Assembly: GCA_963801165.1 (NCBI GenBank)
Contig: CAWDDT010000004.1
Location: 320,001 to 384,000 of the forward strand
Direction: 5' to 3'
DNA: 64,000 bases
Origin: an uncultured bacterium
Lineage (GTDB): Bacteria; Actinomycetota; Acidimicrobiia; Spongiisociales; UBA5794
Shown here: positions 28,115 through 37,994 of the stretch, piece by piece
Position numbering within the stretch: the stretch's first letter is position 1
How the letters are laid out: each line of letters opens with the position of its first letter
Made by a program: the position numbers and the translations under genes
Notes under the pieces: generated by a model
Told to the model about the DNA's origin: nothing
Databases searched by the model: none
Seen by the model: only the letters and a program-made list of their open reading frames with translations

Positions 28115-28399
28115 ATGAAGAAGTCCATTCTCAACTCCGTTCGTGCCCTTGCGGTGCTGCTGCTATTCGTGCCGGCGCCGTTGGCGATGTTCAACACGCC
28201 ACCGGCCGATGCCGCGCCTCCGGTCGTGGTTGCGGCCGAACCGGCCGTGCAGGTGCCGGTGACCCAGGTACCCGCGACCGAGCAGCCGTGGACGGCTCGA
28301 TTCCTCGCCCCGGCGGTTGCGGTGATCGGCGTTATCGCTGTAGGCGCCTCGGTTTTCTACTACGTGGTGCGAATTCGCGGCCGCTATCGGGTTGGCTAA
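28115..28399 (+). CDS. Small hypothetical protein with signal peptide and C-terminal TM
   Basis: Hydrophobic N- and C-terminal segments joined by a Pro-rich linker. Confidence 0.6.
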   Translation: MKKSILNSVRALAVLLLFVPAPLAMFNTPPADAAPPVVVAAEPAVQVPVTQVPATEQPWTARFLAPAVAVIGVIAVGASVFYYVVRIRGRYRVG

Positions 28400-28448
28400 T
28401 CGCCGGCCGGCGGTGTGAATACGCCGGTGACGTAGTACGTTTCGACTC

Positions 28449-29480
28449 ATGGCCACTGCTACCTGGGAATCCGCGGTCGGTGTTGCCCGCCGGTTCGCGG
28501 GCAAATATCCGCTAGAAGGCACATATCACGAGGCCCGTCTCGCCCGTCAGGCGCCACGGCTCGTCGAGCGAGCCACCGCGCTCGTGTCAGCCGAGACCGG
28601 GCTGGAAGCCCCCGGTGCCCCGGAAGTCGCCGTAGTCGGTCGCAGCGAGTGGGTAGAGATGAACATCGCATCGTTCTCCGAGCTCATGGCGCCTGTCACC
28701 AAACACCTTGGCGAGGAGCGGCGACTCGGTCGCGGCATCGCCAACCGGGTGATGTCTGCCGAGCTCGGCGCGGTGCTCGGCTTTCTCTCGAGGCGGGTCC
28801 TCGGCCAATACGAGCTGGTGCTCCCCACCCCGGACGGCAACGACGGCGACACGGTCATGTTCGTCGGCGCCAACATCTTGTCCATGGAGCGCCGCTTCGA
28901 ATTCCGCCCCGCCGAGTTCCGCTTCTGGGTCGCGCTTCACGAATGCACCCACCGCATTCAATTCCAGGGAGTTCCCTGGTTACGCTCGTACTTTCTCGGG
29001 CTCGTCGAGGAATTGGTGAAGACCTCGAAGCCCGAGCCGGGGCGTATAGCGCGTCTCGCCGATGAGCTGCGGAGTGCCGCCGACGAGGGCAGACCGCTGC
29101 TGGATGAAACGGGGCTGTTCGGTCTGCTGGCATCGCCGGATCAGCGCGAGGTCATCGGCAAGGTGCAGGCCCTGATGTCGCTGCTCGAGGGTCACGGCCA
29201 TATCGTGATGGACCGCATAGGAGAACGCCAGCTGGTCAGCCAGGCGCGCATGTCCCGGATCCTGGCCGCACGGCGCAACGATCCCCGCACCGCCATGTTC
29301 ATGCGTCTCATCGGGCTCGAGATGAAGATGAAGCAGTATGAGACGGGGGCGAAGTTCATCAAGGGCGTGGAGCGACAGGCAGGATGGGACGCCCTGGCGG
29401 CCGCATGGCGGCAACCGTCGAACCTGCCAACGCTCGAAGAGATCGAGGACCCGGTCTCGTGGCTGTACCGGGTGGGCTGA
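28449..29480 (+). CDS. Zinc-dependent metalloprotease-like protein (DUF2342 type)
   Basis: LHECTH, MSLLEGH and VLGQY motifs; usual position upstream of tilS in actinobacteria. Confidence 0.87.
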   Translation: MATATWESAVGVARRFAGKYPLEGTYHEARLARQAPRLVERATALVSAETGLEAPGAPEVAVVGRSEWVEMNIASFSELMAPVTKHLGEERRLGRGIANRVMSAELGAVLGFLSRRVLGQYELVLPTPDGNDGDTVMFVGANILSMERRFEFRPAEFRFWVALHECTHRIQFQGVPWLRSYFLGLVEELVKTSKPEPGRIARLADELRSAADEGRPLLDETGLFGLLASPDQREVIGKVQALMSLLEGHGHIVMDRIGERQLVSQARMSRILAARRNDPRTAMFMRLIGLEMKMKQYETGAKFIKGVERQAGWDALAAAWRQPSNLPTLEEIEDPVSWLYRVG

Positions 29481-30775
29481 CCGCTACGGGCTCTGCGGTG
29501 TGTGCGGCCGTCGCCGCGATCGAGGACGGTCCTCTTGTGGTCGCTCTCTCCGGTGGAGCCGATTCGGCGGTGGTGGCGTGGGGATGCGCACGGGCCCGCC
29601 CGCCGGGCACGGTTCGTGCCGTTCATGTCAACCATGGCTGGGCTGCCTCGGATGAGCTGGAAAGCGCGGCCCGGGCGGTTGCCGCCAAGGTCGGGCTGCC
29701 GATCGAGGTCGTCGCGGTGACCCCGGACGACTCGCCCTCTCCGGAGGCGGCGGCGCGCGACGCCCGGCTCGGTGCTCTGGTCGAGAGCGCGGCCGGGGTC
29801 AGGATCGTGATGGGGCACCACGCCGACGACGCCGCCGAGACCGTGGTCGGCAACTTGCTGCGCGGTGCGGGAGCCACCGGTCTCAGCGGGATCACGCCCG
29901 AGCGATTTCCCTTCGTTCGACCGCTGCTTCGGCTGCGGCGTGCCGACCTACGTCTGCTCGCCGAAGAGCTGTCGCTTCCCTTCACCGACGATCCAAGCAA
30001 CGAGGATCGTTCGATCCGGCGCAATCTGATCCGTCACGAGATCATCCCGGTGCTCGACGAGCACATGGGCGGGGAGCTGGTGGAGGTGGTCGGCCGGAGC
30101 GCCCGGCACCTGGCCGCCGAGGATGCCTACCTCGACGACGCGGCCCCACCCGGAATCGTCTCCACGGACGGTGACGTGACCAGGCTGGCAGTTGCTCCGC
30201 TCGTCACGGTCCCGGCTGTTCTGGCCAAGAGGGCGATCCGCGGCGCCTTGCGTACCGTCCACCCTCCGTATCCTGGAACCAGCCATGAGGTCGACGCCGT
30301 CCTCGCTGTGACCATGGGGACGAGCGAGCGTAGGGACCTCGGCGGCGGCTTTATCGTCACCAGGGAGGGACCGTACGTGGCGATCTACCAGCCATCGCAT
30401 CCGATCGTTCCCGAGCCCGTTGAGCTCGCCGTTCCGGGACGGGTCCGATTCGGCGAGCACGTGATCCGGGCGGCGGCCGTCGGCTCGGGCTCTCTCACCA
30501 GCATGTCGCACGACAGGTGCCGGCTGGCTCTCCCACAGGCGCCGATCATCGTGCACGCCATCGCGGAGGGGGACCGGATCGACATTGGCACGGGGAGCAA
30601 GAAGGTGAGCGATGCCCTCGGGGAGGCCGGAATCCCGCTGCGGAAACGCCCGGCTTGGCCGGTCATCGAGTCTCGTGGCAGAATCGCATGGATTGTCGGT
30701 GTCCGGGTCGCCTCGTGGGCGCGCGTTGAGACACCTCTGACCACGTGGGTAGAGCTCGAAAGGCAAACGCAGTGA
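29459..30775 (+). CDS. tilS: tRNA(Ile)-lysidine synthetase
   Basis: SGGADS PP-loop, GHHADD.AET, RPLL and DPSN..RN.IR motifs. Start uncertain (29459, 29477 or 29498). Confidence 0.93.
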   Translation: MAVPGGLTATGSAVCAAVAAIEDGPLVVALSGGADSAVVAWGCARARPPGTVRAVHVNHGWAASDELESAARAVAAKVGLPIEVVAVTPDDSPSPEAAARDARLGALVESAAGVRIVMGHHADDAAETVVGNLLRGAGATGLSGITPERFPFVRPLLRLRRADLRLLAEELSLPFTDDPSNEDRSIRRNLIRHEIIPVLDEHMGGELVEVVGRSARHLAAEDAYLDDAAPPGIVSTDGDVTRLAVAPLVTVPAVLAKRAIRGALRTVHPPYPGTSHEVDAVLAVTMGTSERRDLGGGFIVTREGPYVAIYQPSHPIVPEPVELAVPGRVRFGEHVIRAAAVGSGSLTSMSHDRCRLALPQAPIIVHAIAEGDRIDIGTGSKKVSDALGEAGIPLRKRPAWPVIESRGRIAWIVGVRVASWARVETPLTTWVELERQTQ

Positions 30776-31341
30776 AGGTAGCCAAGGTCCTCATCACCGC
30801 AGAGGAAATCGACGCCAAGCTGGCTGAGATGGGGGCCGCCATCACCAGGGACTACCAGGACCGGGATCTGTTGATGATCGGGATCCTGAAGGGCGCCTTC
30901 GTGGTACTGGCCGATCTGGCCCGCCACGTGCGCTTGCCTCTCGAAACCGATTTCATGGCCGTCTCGTCCTATCACGGGGGAACCCACAGCTCGGGGGTGG
31001 TGCGCATCCTCAAGGATCTGGATCAGGAGATCGAGGGCCGCAACGTCCTCATCGTCGAAGACATCATTGACACCGGCCACACCCTCAAGTACTTGCTGCG
31101 CACGCTTGCGGTGAGAAAGCCGAGGACCCTCTCGCTTGCTTCGCTGCTGATCAAAGACGATGTGGACCGACCTCATTTCGACATCCAGTACGAGGGTTTT
31201 CACATCCCCAACGAGTTCGTGGTCGGCTACGGACTCGACTACAACGAGCAGTTCCGCAACCTGCCATATATCGGGGTGATGGACACCAACTCGGGCTCGT
31301 CACCGACCGATGTTCAGGAAGGCTTCGAGCTGATCGAATGA
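30772..31341 (+). CDS. hpt: Hypoxanthine phosphoribosyltransferase
   Basis: [13 protein letters not shown] and FVVGYGLDY motifs. Confidence 0.96.
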   Translation: MKVAKVLITAEEIDAKLAEMGAAITRDYQDRDLLMIGILKGAFVVLADLARHVRLPLETDFMAVSSYHGGTHSSGVVRILKDLDQEIEGRNVLIVEDIIDTGHTLKYLLRTLAVRKPRTLSLASLLIKDDVDRPHFDIQYEGFHIPNEFVVGYGLDYNEQFRNLPYIGVMDTNSGSSPTDVQEGFELIE

Positions 31342-31456
31342 CAACACGGCGCCATCCCGCAAACTCTGCCGAAATAGCGGCGCCAATCGCATATCATGGG
31401 AAGCCCCGACGATACTGTGTCGTTGTGGGCAAGAAGACCGAAATCAAGGAAGAACA

Positions 31457-33397
31457 GTGAATCGAACCGCTCGCACGATCATGGTGTACATGGTCGTTGC
31501 CGTCCTGGTGATGTTGGCAGTGAACGTGTTTCTAACGGGCGCAAGCGAGCCCCAAGACCTCCCGTTCCCCCAATTCGAGCAGAAGCTCGCGGCAGGCGAG
31601 ATCGCCAAAATCGAGATGAAGACCCGCTCGAACGAGATCGTGGGCGAGTTCGACACTGGTACGGTCGTTGCCGGAGCCAGTTCGACGTTCCGAACCTTCT
31701 ACCCACCCGAGTTCGAGGACGAATTGACCACGATGATCAACGGGGCGGGGATCGAGGACTTCACCGTCAACGCCGAGAACCCGTCGGTCCTCTCGTGGTT
31801 CTTCACGACGATTTTCCCGTATCTGTTGATATTCGGTGTGTTCATCTTCTTCCTGTCCCAGATGCAGGGCGGGGGCAACCGGGTCATGCAATTCGGCAAG
31901 GCGAAAACCAAACAGGTCAACAAGGACGCCCCCAAGGTCACCTTCAAGGACGTGGCCGGAGCCGACGAGGCCGTCGAGGAGCTCGAGGAGATCAAGGACT
32001 TCCTCGCCAGTCCCGGCAAGTTCCGCGCGATCGGGGCGAAGATACCGCGCGGTGTCCTCCTGTTCGGCCCCCCCGGCACCGGCAAGACTCTGCTGGCCAG
32101 GGCGGTCGCCGGCGAGGCTGGGGTTCCGTTCTTCAGCATTTCCGGCTCCGATTTTGTCGAGATGTTCGTCGGTGTCGGTGCCTCCCGGGTCCGCGACCTC
32201 TTTGAGCAGGCCAAGCAGAACGGTCCAGCGATCGTTTTCATCGACGAGATAGACGCGGTGGGCCGTCACCGTGGCGCCGGTCTCGGCGGTGGCCACGACG
32301 AGCGCGAGCAGACTCTGAACCAGCTTCTGGTCGAGCTCGACGGCTTTGACGTGAATACCGGTGTCATCGTCATCGCCGCGACCAACCGTCCCGACATCCT
32401 CGATCCGGCTCTGCTGAGGCCGGGACGGTTCGACCGGCAGGTCGTGGTTGATCGGCCCGACCTGAAAGGCCGCCACGCGATCCTCGATGTGCACGCCAAG
32501 GGTAAGCCGTTCGAGGAAGGCATCGACCTCGGCGCGCTGGCTCGGCAGACACCTGGATTCACAGGGGCGGACCTCGCCAACCTCATCAACGAAGCTGCAT
32601 TGCTGACTGCCCGCCGTGACAAGAAGCTGATCTCGATGTCCGAGCTGGAGGAAGCCATCGATCGGGTGATCGCCGGTCCGGAGCGCAAGAGCCGCGTTAT
32701 GTCGGAGGATGAGCGCAGGATCACCGCCTACCACGAGGGCGGGCATGCTTTGGTCGGCTATGCGTTGCCCAACCTCGACCCCATCCACAAAGTGACGATC
32801 ATTCCCCGCGGTCGTGCCGGGGGCTACACGCTGGCGCTGCCTATGCAAGACAAGAGCTATGCCAAGCGCAGCGAGTTGGTCGACCAGCTCGCGTATGCCC
32901 TTGGGGGGCGCACCGCAGAAGAGCAGGTGTTCGGCGACCCGAGCACCGGTGCCTCCGACGACATCGAGAAGGCGACCGATCTCGCCAGGAAGATGGTCAT
33001 GGAATACGGCATGAGCGACCGGCTCGGACCGCTCCGCTACGGCCGACCGGATTCTCAGGTGTTCCTGGGTAGGGACTACACCAGAGGCCAGGAGATGTCG
33101 GACGAGGTCGCCGCCGCGATCGACGACGAGATAAGGATGTTGATCAACCAGGCGCACGAGGAGGCAAGGTCGATCATCGCGACCCACCGTGCCGCCCTCG
33201 ATCGGATCGCCGAAGTTCTGCTCGAGAAGGAGACCGTCGACGGCAAGGAGATCACCAAGATCTTCGCCGACGTCCCGAAGTGGGAGCATGCGGAGGCGGG
33301 GGCACTCCGGATCCGGCTTCCCGAGGCGCCGATCGTGGGGAAGGGGCGAGTCGCTTCTTCATCTCCCACCGACGATCCTCAGCCGGCCCGGCCCTGA
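31457..33397 (+). CDS. ftsH: ATP-dependent zinc metalloprotease FtsH
   Basis: Two TM segments, [12 protein letters not shown], second region of homology and HEGGH. Confidence 0.98.
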   Translation: MNRTARTIMVYMVVAVLVMLAVNVFLTGASEPQDLPFPQFEQKLAAGEIAKIEMKTRSNEIVGEFDTGTVVAGASSTFRTFYPPEFEDELTTMINGAGIEDFTVNAENPSVLSWFFTTIFPYLLIFGVFIFFLSQMQGGGNRVMQFGKAKTKQVNKDAPKVTFKDVAGADEAVEELEEIKDFLASPGKFRAIGAKIPRGVLLFGPPGTGKTLLARAVAGEAGVPFFSISGSDFVEMFVGVGASRVRDLFEQAKQNGPAIVFIDEIDAVGRHRGAGLGGGHDEREQTLNQLLVELDGFDVNTGVIVIAATNRPDILDPALLRPGRFDRQVVVDRPDLKGRHAILDVHAKGKPFEEGIDLGALARQTPGFTGADLANLINEAALLTARRDKKLISMSELEEAIDRVIAGPERKSRVMSEDERRITAYHEGGHALVGYALPNLDPIHKVTIIPRGRAGGYTLALPMQDKSYAKRSELVDQLAYALGGRTAEEQVFGDPSTGASDDIEKATDLARKMVMEYGMSDRLGPLRYGRPDSQVFLGRDYTRGQEMSDEVAAAIDDEIRMLINQAHEEARSIIATHRAALDRIAEVLLEKETVDGKEITKIFADVPKWEHAEAGALRIRLPEAPIVGKGRVASSSPTDDPQPARP

Positions 33398-33403
33398 GCC
33401 GCA

Positions 33404-34282
33404 GTGAGCAAAGGCTTTTCAGCCCGGACCTGGCAGATTAGGGATCGGGTCTTGTCCAGCGAAGACCACACGCTGGTTATGGGCATTGTCAATGTCACAC
33501 CGGATTCGTTCTCCGATGGTGGTCGGTACGCCGGCCGCGAGCGCGCCGTCGCCCACGGAATGGAGCTCTGGGGACAGGGAGCCGACATCCTCGACATCGG
33601 TGGCGAGTCGACCCGCCCCGGCGCCGAGCCTGTGGCGGCGGGTGACGAGATCGACCGGGTCGTGCCGGTGATCGCCGAGTTGGTGCAGCGGGGCGCGGTG
33701 GTGAGCGTCGACACGATGAAGGCAGAGGTTGCCGCCGCCGCCATCGCTGCAGGAGTCCACATCGTCAACGACATCACGGCGCTGGCCGACCCGGCTATGG
33801 CCGGGGTCTGCGCCGGCAGTGGGGTGGGAGTGGTGCTGATGCACATCCAGGGCACTCCCCGGACGATGCAGATCAATCCGCATTATGACGACGTTGTGCC
33901 CGAGGTCCTGGCTTACCTCGAGCGGCGAGCCCAGTTTGCGGTGAGGGCCGGAATCGGCCGCGACCGTCTCGTCGTCGATCCCGGGATCGGGTTCGGCAAG
34001 GGGTTCGGTGACAATCTCGAGCTGCTCAATGCGGTCGGGCGGTTTGCCGGCACGGGGTTTCCGGTATTGATCGGAACGTCGCGCAAAGGGTTTCTCGGTG
34101 AGATCATGCGCTCCGCAGGCTACGAGACGACGGCCGCCGAGCGCGACCCGGCCACCGCCGCTACCGTGGCGCTTGCCGTTGCCGCCGGAGCCGCGATCGT
34201 GCGGGTACACAACGTGGGCCATGGGCTACAAGCGGCAAGAACCGCCGACGCTATCGTGCGGTTTCCGCTACGGAGGAACTGA
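33404..34282 (+). CDS. folP: Dihydropteroate synthase
   Basis: NVTPDSFSDGG, GGESTRPG, DPGIGFGK, SRKGF and RVHNV motifs. Confidence 0.97.
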   Translation: MSKGFSARTWQIRDRVLSSEDHTLVMGIVNVTPDSFSDGGRYAGRERAVAHGMELWGQGADILDIGGESTRPGAEPVAAGDEIDRVVPVIAELVQRGAVVSVDTMKAEVAAAAIAAGVHIVNDITALADPAMAGVCAGSGVGVVLMHIQGTPRTMQINPHYDDVVPEVLAYLERRAQFAVRAGIGRDRLVVDPGIGFGKGFGDNLELLNAVGRFAGTGFPVLIGTSRKGFLGEIMRSAGYETTAAERDPATAATVALAVAAGAAIVRVHNVGHGLQAARTADAIVRFPLRRN

Positions 34283-34284
34283 GA

Positions 34285-34758
34285 GTGGCAGGTCTGGAGC
34301 CGAGGGGGTTCAAATGGGTGATCGCCGGCCGCCTGGCGATCTCAGAACGCATCGGCGGCTACGGATTCCAGCACCGCCGCGTTCGCCGCGAAGAGGAGAT
34401 CATCTGGATCAGTGAGCAGGGCATCAACACCGTCGTGTCCCTGATGGCGGGTAACCAGAACCAGGCGGCATACGAGGGCGCAACCCTCCACTTCTATCAC
34501 TATCCCATCGAAGATGATCTGGAGTCGGCCGACAGGGACAAGATCTTCTCCCTACTCGACGATGCCATGGGGCGACCGGGAGCATCCGTTCTCGTGCATC
34601 GCGAGCTGATCGGTGACCTGCTGGTCGGGCTGATGGGCGGGTACCTCGTTCACGCCGGGCTGATCAGAGATCCGATTGTCGCCACATCCGTAATCCAGGA
34701 GATCTCCGGCCGGCCGCTGGGACCCGAGGGGCGGCGGCTCATTCCGGACGCGAGTTGA
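34285..34758 (+). CDS. Hypothetical protein, tyrosine/dual-specificity phosphatase-like fold without catalytic Cys
   Basis: FKWVI..RLA, GINTVVSL, HYPIED and VLVH(R) segments follow the DSP pattern, but HCx5R is replaced by HRELIGD. Confidence 0.7.
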   Translation: MAGLEPRGFKWVIAGRLAISERIGGYGFQHRRVRREEEIIWISEQGINTVVSLMAGNQNQAAYEGATLHFYHYPIEDDLESADRDKIFSLLDDAMGRPGASVLVHRELIGDLLVGLMGGYLVHAGLIRDPIVATSVIQEISGRPLGPEGRRLIPDAS

Positions 34759-35331
34759 ATGGCAGTTCGGGCTGCCATCGGGCTCGGCTCGAATCTCAGT
34801 GATCGCGCTCGGCACATTGCACAAGCCGTCGGAGGTCTGGCCGCTACCGGCGCTCTGGTCCGGGTGTCGTCGCTCTATGAGACCGCACCGGTAGGTGGCC
34901 CGAAACAGGGCAAGTACATCAACGCGGTTGCTGTCGTGGACACCGATCTCTCAGCTCGTGCGCTTCTGGATAGCTGTCTGGAGATAGAGCGAGAGCACGG
35001 GCGGGAACGCCGGGAGCGCTGGGGACCGCGGACGCTCGATCTGGACATCCTGCTGTACGGCGACAGGGTGATCGACGAACCGGACCTAACCGTGCCGCAT
35101 CCTCGTATGACCGAGCGGCGTTTCGTCCTCGAGCCATTGCTGGAGGCGTGGCCGGATGCCACTCTGCCGGACGGCACGCCGCTCGCCGGCTTCCTGCCCG
35201 CTGTGGCCGGTCAGAAGGTGCGCAAGCTGGAGACGGTGATTGCCGACCGACGGACTTCGCTGCTGCTTTTCCTGGTTGTCGCGCTCGGGGCGCTGGCGAT
35301 CTGGTGGCTGGGGGACTGGCTGGTCCGGTGA
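34759..35331 (+). CDS. folK: 6-hydroxymethyl-7,8-dihydropterin pyrophosphokinase with C-terminal TM tail
   Basis: IGLGSNL, SSLYET.P, RWGPRTLDLDIL and PHPRM.ERRFVL motifs. Confidence 0.95.
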   Translation: MAVRAAIGLGSNLSDRARHIAQAVGGLAATGALVRVSSLYETAPVGGPKQGKYINAVAVVDTDLSARALLDSCLEIEREHGRERRERWGPRTLDLDILLYGDRVIDEPDLTVPHPRMTERRFVLEPLLEAWPDATLPDGTPLAGFLPAVAGQKVRKLETVIADRRTSLLLFLVVALGALAIWWLGDWLVR

Positions 35332-35360
35332 TTCAAGTAATCCCCGGTCTCGCCGATAAT
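35332..35360 (+). promoter_or_regulatory. Putative sigmaA promoter, probably leaderless
   Basis: TTCAAG-N17-GATAAT, 6 nt before GTG at 35367. Confidence 0.5.
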
Positions 35361-35366
35361 GCTGTC

Positions 35367-36803
35367 GTGTCACGAGGTCGCCACATAGCGATATTGCTTC
35401 TCGTGCTCCTATGGGTGACTGCTCCTGCCGCCCACGCAGATGACAACCGCTACCTGTCCAACGTCTATCAGGACGACCCGTCGGATTGGAGCGACCCCTG
35501 GGTCGATGCGTCGTTTGGCCCCCGCAACAACGTCACCACCGTTGACGGCCATGTCGGGACCGGGGTCGAGGTATCGATCGATGCCGGCCAGCACTTCGGG
35601 ACCGCGATGCGGTGGCGGTTCGCAGACAACGGCTTCGCCGAGCCCGAGCAGCTCTGGTTTCGCTACTACCTCCGCTTTCCCGAGGGTTTTGTCAACAGCG
35701 GCAAGGGCAAGCTCCCGGGTCCTGCCGGTCTGTACTCCAGGAGCGGCCGGGGCAACATCCCGTCGACACCGGGCGAGCCCGGTTGGTCGGCGCGGATGCT
35801 GTTCTCACCTACCTACGACGAACGCGATAGCGACTACACCAGGATCGGCTACTACCTCTATCACCTCGATCAGGCCCAGGACCACGGTGATTTGCTGCTT
35901 TGGGACGAGGGCGTCGCCACGCTTCATCACGGTGATTGGTACTGCGTCGAGGGTCACGTGCAGATGAACACGCCGGGAGAGGCTGATGGCCTGCTCGCCG
36001 GCTGGGTCGACGGCGTAGCGGCGTTCAGCAGGGACGACTTGCGCTTCCGCAGGGCGAGCGAGCCCAATGTGAGCATCGACAGTTTTTGGTTCGACGTGTA
36101 CTTCGGCGGCAGAAACGTGACGCCCGTCGATCTCAGCATTGATTTCGACTCCCTGGCGTTTGGCCAGGACCGGCTGGGATGCGACGACACGAGCGAGCGC
36201 GGGTTCACGGGCGGGTTCTTCGATGACGAGGGATCGGTGCACGAGGGTGACATCGAGGCCCTGCTGGCGGCGGGCGTGATCAACGGGTGCAACGCCAACG
36301 GAGATGCCTTCTGCCCCGATGATCCGGTCACCCGCGGTCAGATGGCGAAGATCCTGGTGCGCGCTCTCGGTCTGCCCGCGGCTGATCATGACTACTTCAC
36401 CGACGACGACGGCTCCATCTATGAGGATGCGATCAACTCGCTAGCCGCTGTTGGCGTAACCAACGGCTGTGGCGTTGGTCTGTATTGCCCGAACGCCGTG
36501 ATGAGTCGCGCCCAGGTGGCTGCGTTCATCACCCGCGCCCTCGACCTGCCCGAGGTCGCCGATAACCAGTTCTCCGACGTCGGGGACTCGCCGTTCGTCG
36601 GTGATGTGAATGCGCTTGCGGTCGCCGGTCTCACCTCGGGTTGCGGCGACGACCGCTTCTGTCCCAACGCCGTTGCCAGCCGGAGCGAGACGGCGTCGTT
36701 CGTGGCTCGGGCCATGAATCTCCAGGCGCAGCGGACTCTCGAGGAGGAACTGCACCGGGTACCACCGGTACGTGACCGTTTCCTCTCACCTCATCCCGGT
36801 TGA
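35367..36803 (+). CDS. Secreted polysaccharide-lyase-like domain plus Cys-containing SLH repeats
   Basis: Signal peptide; WFRYY.RFP..F..GKLPG, GWSARM, Y.YH, NTPG..DG and YFGG (PL14-like); three F.D..G(V/L).GC..(F/Y)CP..R SLH-like repeats. Confidence 0.78.
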   Translation: MSRGRHIAILLLVLLWVTAPAAHADDNRYLSNVYQDDPSDWSDPWVDASFGPRNNVTTVDGHVGTGVEVSIDAGQHFGTAMRWRFADNGFAEPEQLWFRYYLRFPEGFVNSGKGKLPGPAGLYSRSGRGNIPSTPGEPGWSARMLFSPTYDERDSDYTRIGYYLYHLDQAQDHGDLLLWDEGVATLHHGDWYCVEGHVQMNTPGEADGLLAGWVDGVAAFSRDDLRFRRASEPNVSIDSFWFDVYFGGRNVTPVDLSIDFDSLAFGQDRLGCDDTSERGFTGGFFDDEGSVHEGDIEALLAAGVINGCNANGDAFCPDDPVTRGQMAKILVRALGLPAADHDYFTDDDGSIYEDAINSLAAVGVTNGCGVGLYCPNAVMSRAQVAAFITRALDLPEVADNQFSDVGDSPFVGDVNALAVAGLTSGCGDDRFCPNAVASRSETASFVARAMNLQAQRTLEEELHRVPPVRDRFLSPHPG

Positions 36804-36859
36804 CGGCGCGTCCTCTCCGAAACCCCTTATCTCGTATAGTTCCCGGGGAAAGGGGAGCT

Positions 36860-37423
36860 ATGAAGATCACGGACACGTTCGAGGTATCCAGCGACATCGA
36901 AAAGGTCTGGGCAGCATTTGCGAACGTCCCGGACCTGGCTCATTGCCTACCGGGAGCCGAGCTCACCGAAGACCATGGCGATGGTCGCTACTCGGGGACC
37001 GTAGAGGCAAAGCTGGGTCCGATCACAGCCAGCTTCGACGGCGAAGCGACCGTAGTCCTCGACGAGATCCGACACACCGGGACCATGACCGGGAAGGGAG
37101 TGGATCGTCGCGGCGGGAGTCGCGCCCAGCTCGAGCTCATCTATGCGCTCGACACCGTGGCTGCCGGCACCCGGGTGACTATCAACGCCGATGTCCTGCT
37201 TTCCGGAGCCGCGGCACAGTTTGGCCGTATCGGGCTCCTCCAGGAGATGACGGGGCGGATCATCAATGAGTTCGTCCACTGTCTCGAGGCCAAGCTGTCC
37301 GCACCGTCGGCAGAATCGGCGGCCGCGATTCACGCCCCCGAGGTCAGGGGGCTCTCCTTGTTCTTCGCCAGCGTATTCGCCCCGATTACACGTCTCTTCA
37401 AGCGGATCTTCAGGCGAAGCTGA
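36860..37423 (+). CDS. coxG: CoxG / SRPBCC family protein
   Basis: CLPGAEL, KLGPI.A.F.G and AAQFGR motifs; first gene of the cox cluster. Confidence 0.85.
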   Translation: MKITDTFEVSSDIEKVWAAFANVPDLAHCLPGAELTEDHGDGRYSGTVEAKLGPITASFDGEATVVLDEIRHTGTMTGKGVDRRGGSRAQLELIYALDTVAAGTRVTINADVLLSGAAAQFGRIGLLQEMTGRIINEFVHCLEAKLSAPSAESAAAIHAPEVRGLSLFFASVFAPITRLFKRIFRRS

Positions 37424-37496
37424 GCCGCATATTCCCCGCCCACTCTGTGAGCCGCCTCGCTAGGTTTGGCCGGGAAGCTGGAGGAGGAGAGGGAAT

Positions 37497-37994
37497 ATGG
37501 AACTGTCTCTGACCGTCAACGGTCAGGCGCACAGCGTCGACGTCGAACCCCGCACGCTATTGGTCCACCTGCTGCGGGAGCACCTCGGGTTGACCGGAAC
37601 ACACGTCGGGTGCGAGACCGGCTACTGCGGAGCGTGCACCGTCCATCTCGACGGAACCCCCGTCAAGTCGTGCACCATGCTGGCCGTACAGGCTGCCGGG
37701 AGTGCGGTGACCACCATTGAAGGTCTTGGCAACGGCGACCTCCATCCGGTTCAGGAAGGATTCTGGGAGCGCCACGGTCTGCAGTGTGGTTACTGCACAC
37801 CGGGGATGATCATGTCCACGGCGGGGCTGCTGGCAGAGAACGACAGCCCAACCGAGGCGGAGATCAGACACGGGATCGAGGGGAACCTCTGTCGGTGCAC
37901 GGGCTACCACAACATCGTCCGTGCCGTTGAATATGCCGCTGCCAGGATGCGCGGGGACGAGCCACCGGCACCGGACTGGGAGGTGCAGTCGTGA
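37497..37994 (+). CDS. coxS: (2Fe-2S) subunit of CO dehydrogenase-like molybdoenzyme
   Basis: [18 protein letters not shown] and NLCRCTGY motifs. Confidence 0.93.
   Translation: MELSLTVNGQAHSVDVEPRTLLVHLLREHLGLTGTHVGCETGYCGACTVHLDGTPVKSCTMLAVQAAGSAVTTIEGLGNGDLHPVQEGFWERHGLQCGYCTPGMIMSTAGLLAENDSPTEAEIRHGIEGNLCRCTGYHNIVRAVEYAAARMRGDEPPAPDWEVQS

Noticed and set aside
28416-28441. SigH-type promoter (TGAAT-N18-GTT) before the DUF2342 gene
   Set aside because: The -35 deviates from GGAAY, and a sigmaA-like TACGTT at leaderless spacing explains the site equally well.
31532-33289. Long antisense ORFs (here opposite ftsH; also opposite trkH, lysS, GH57, DUF222 and others)
   Set aside because: Typical shadow ORFs of high-GC coding sequence, with no motifs and fully overlapping well-supported genes.
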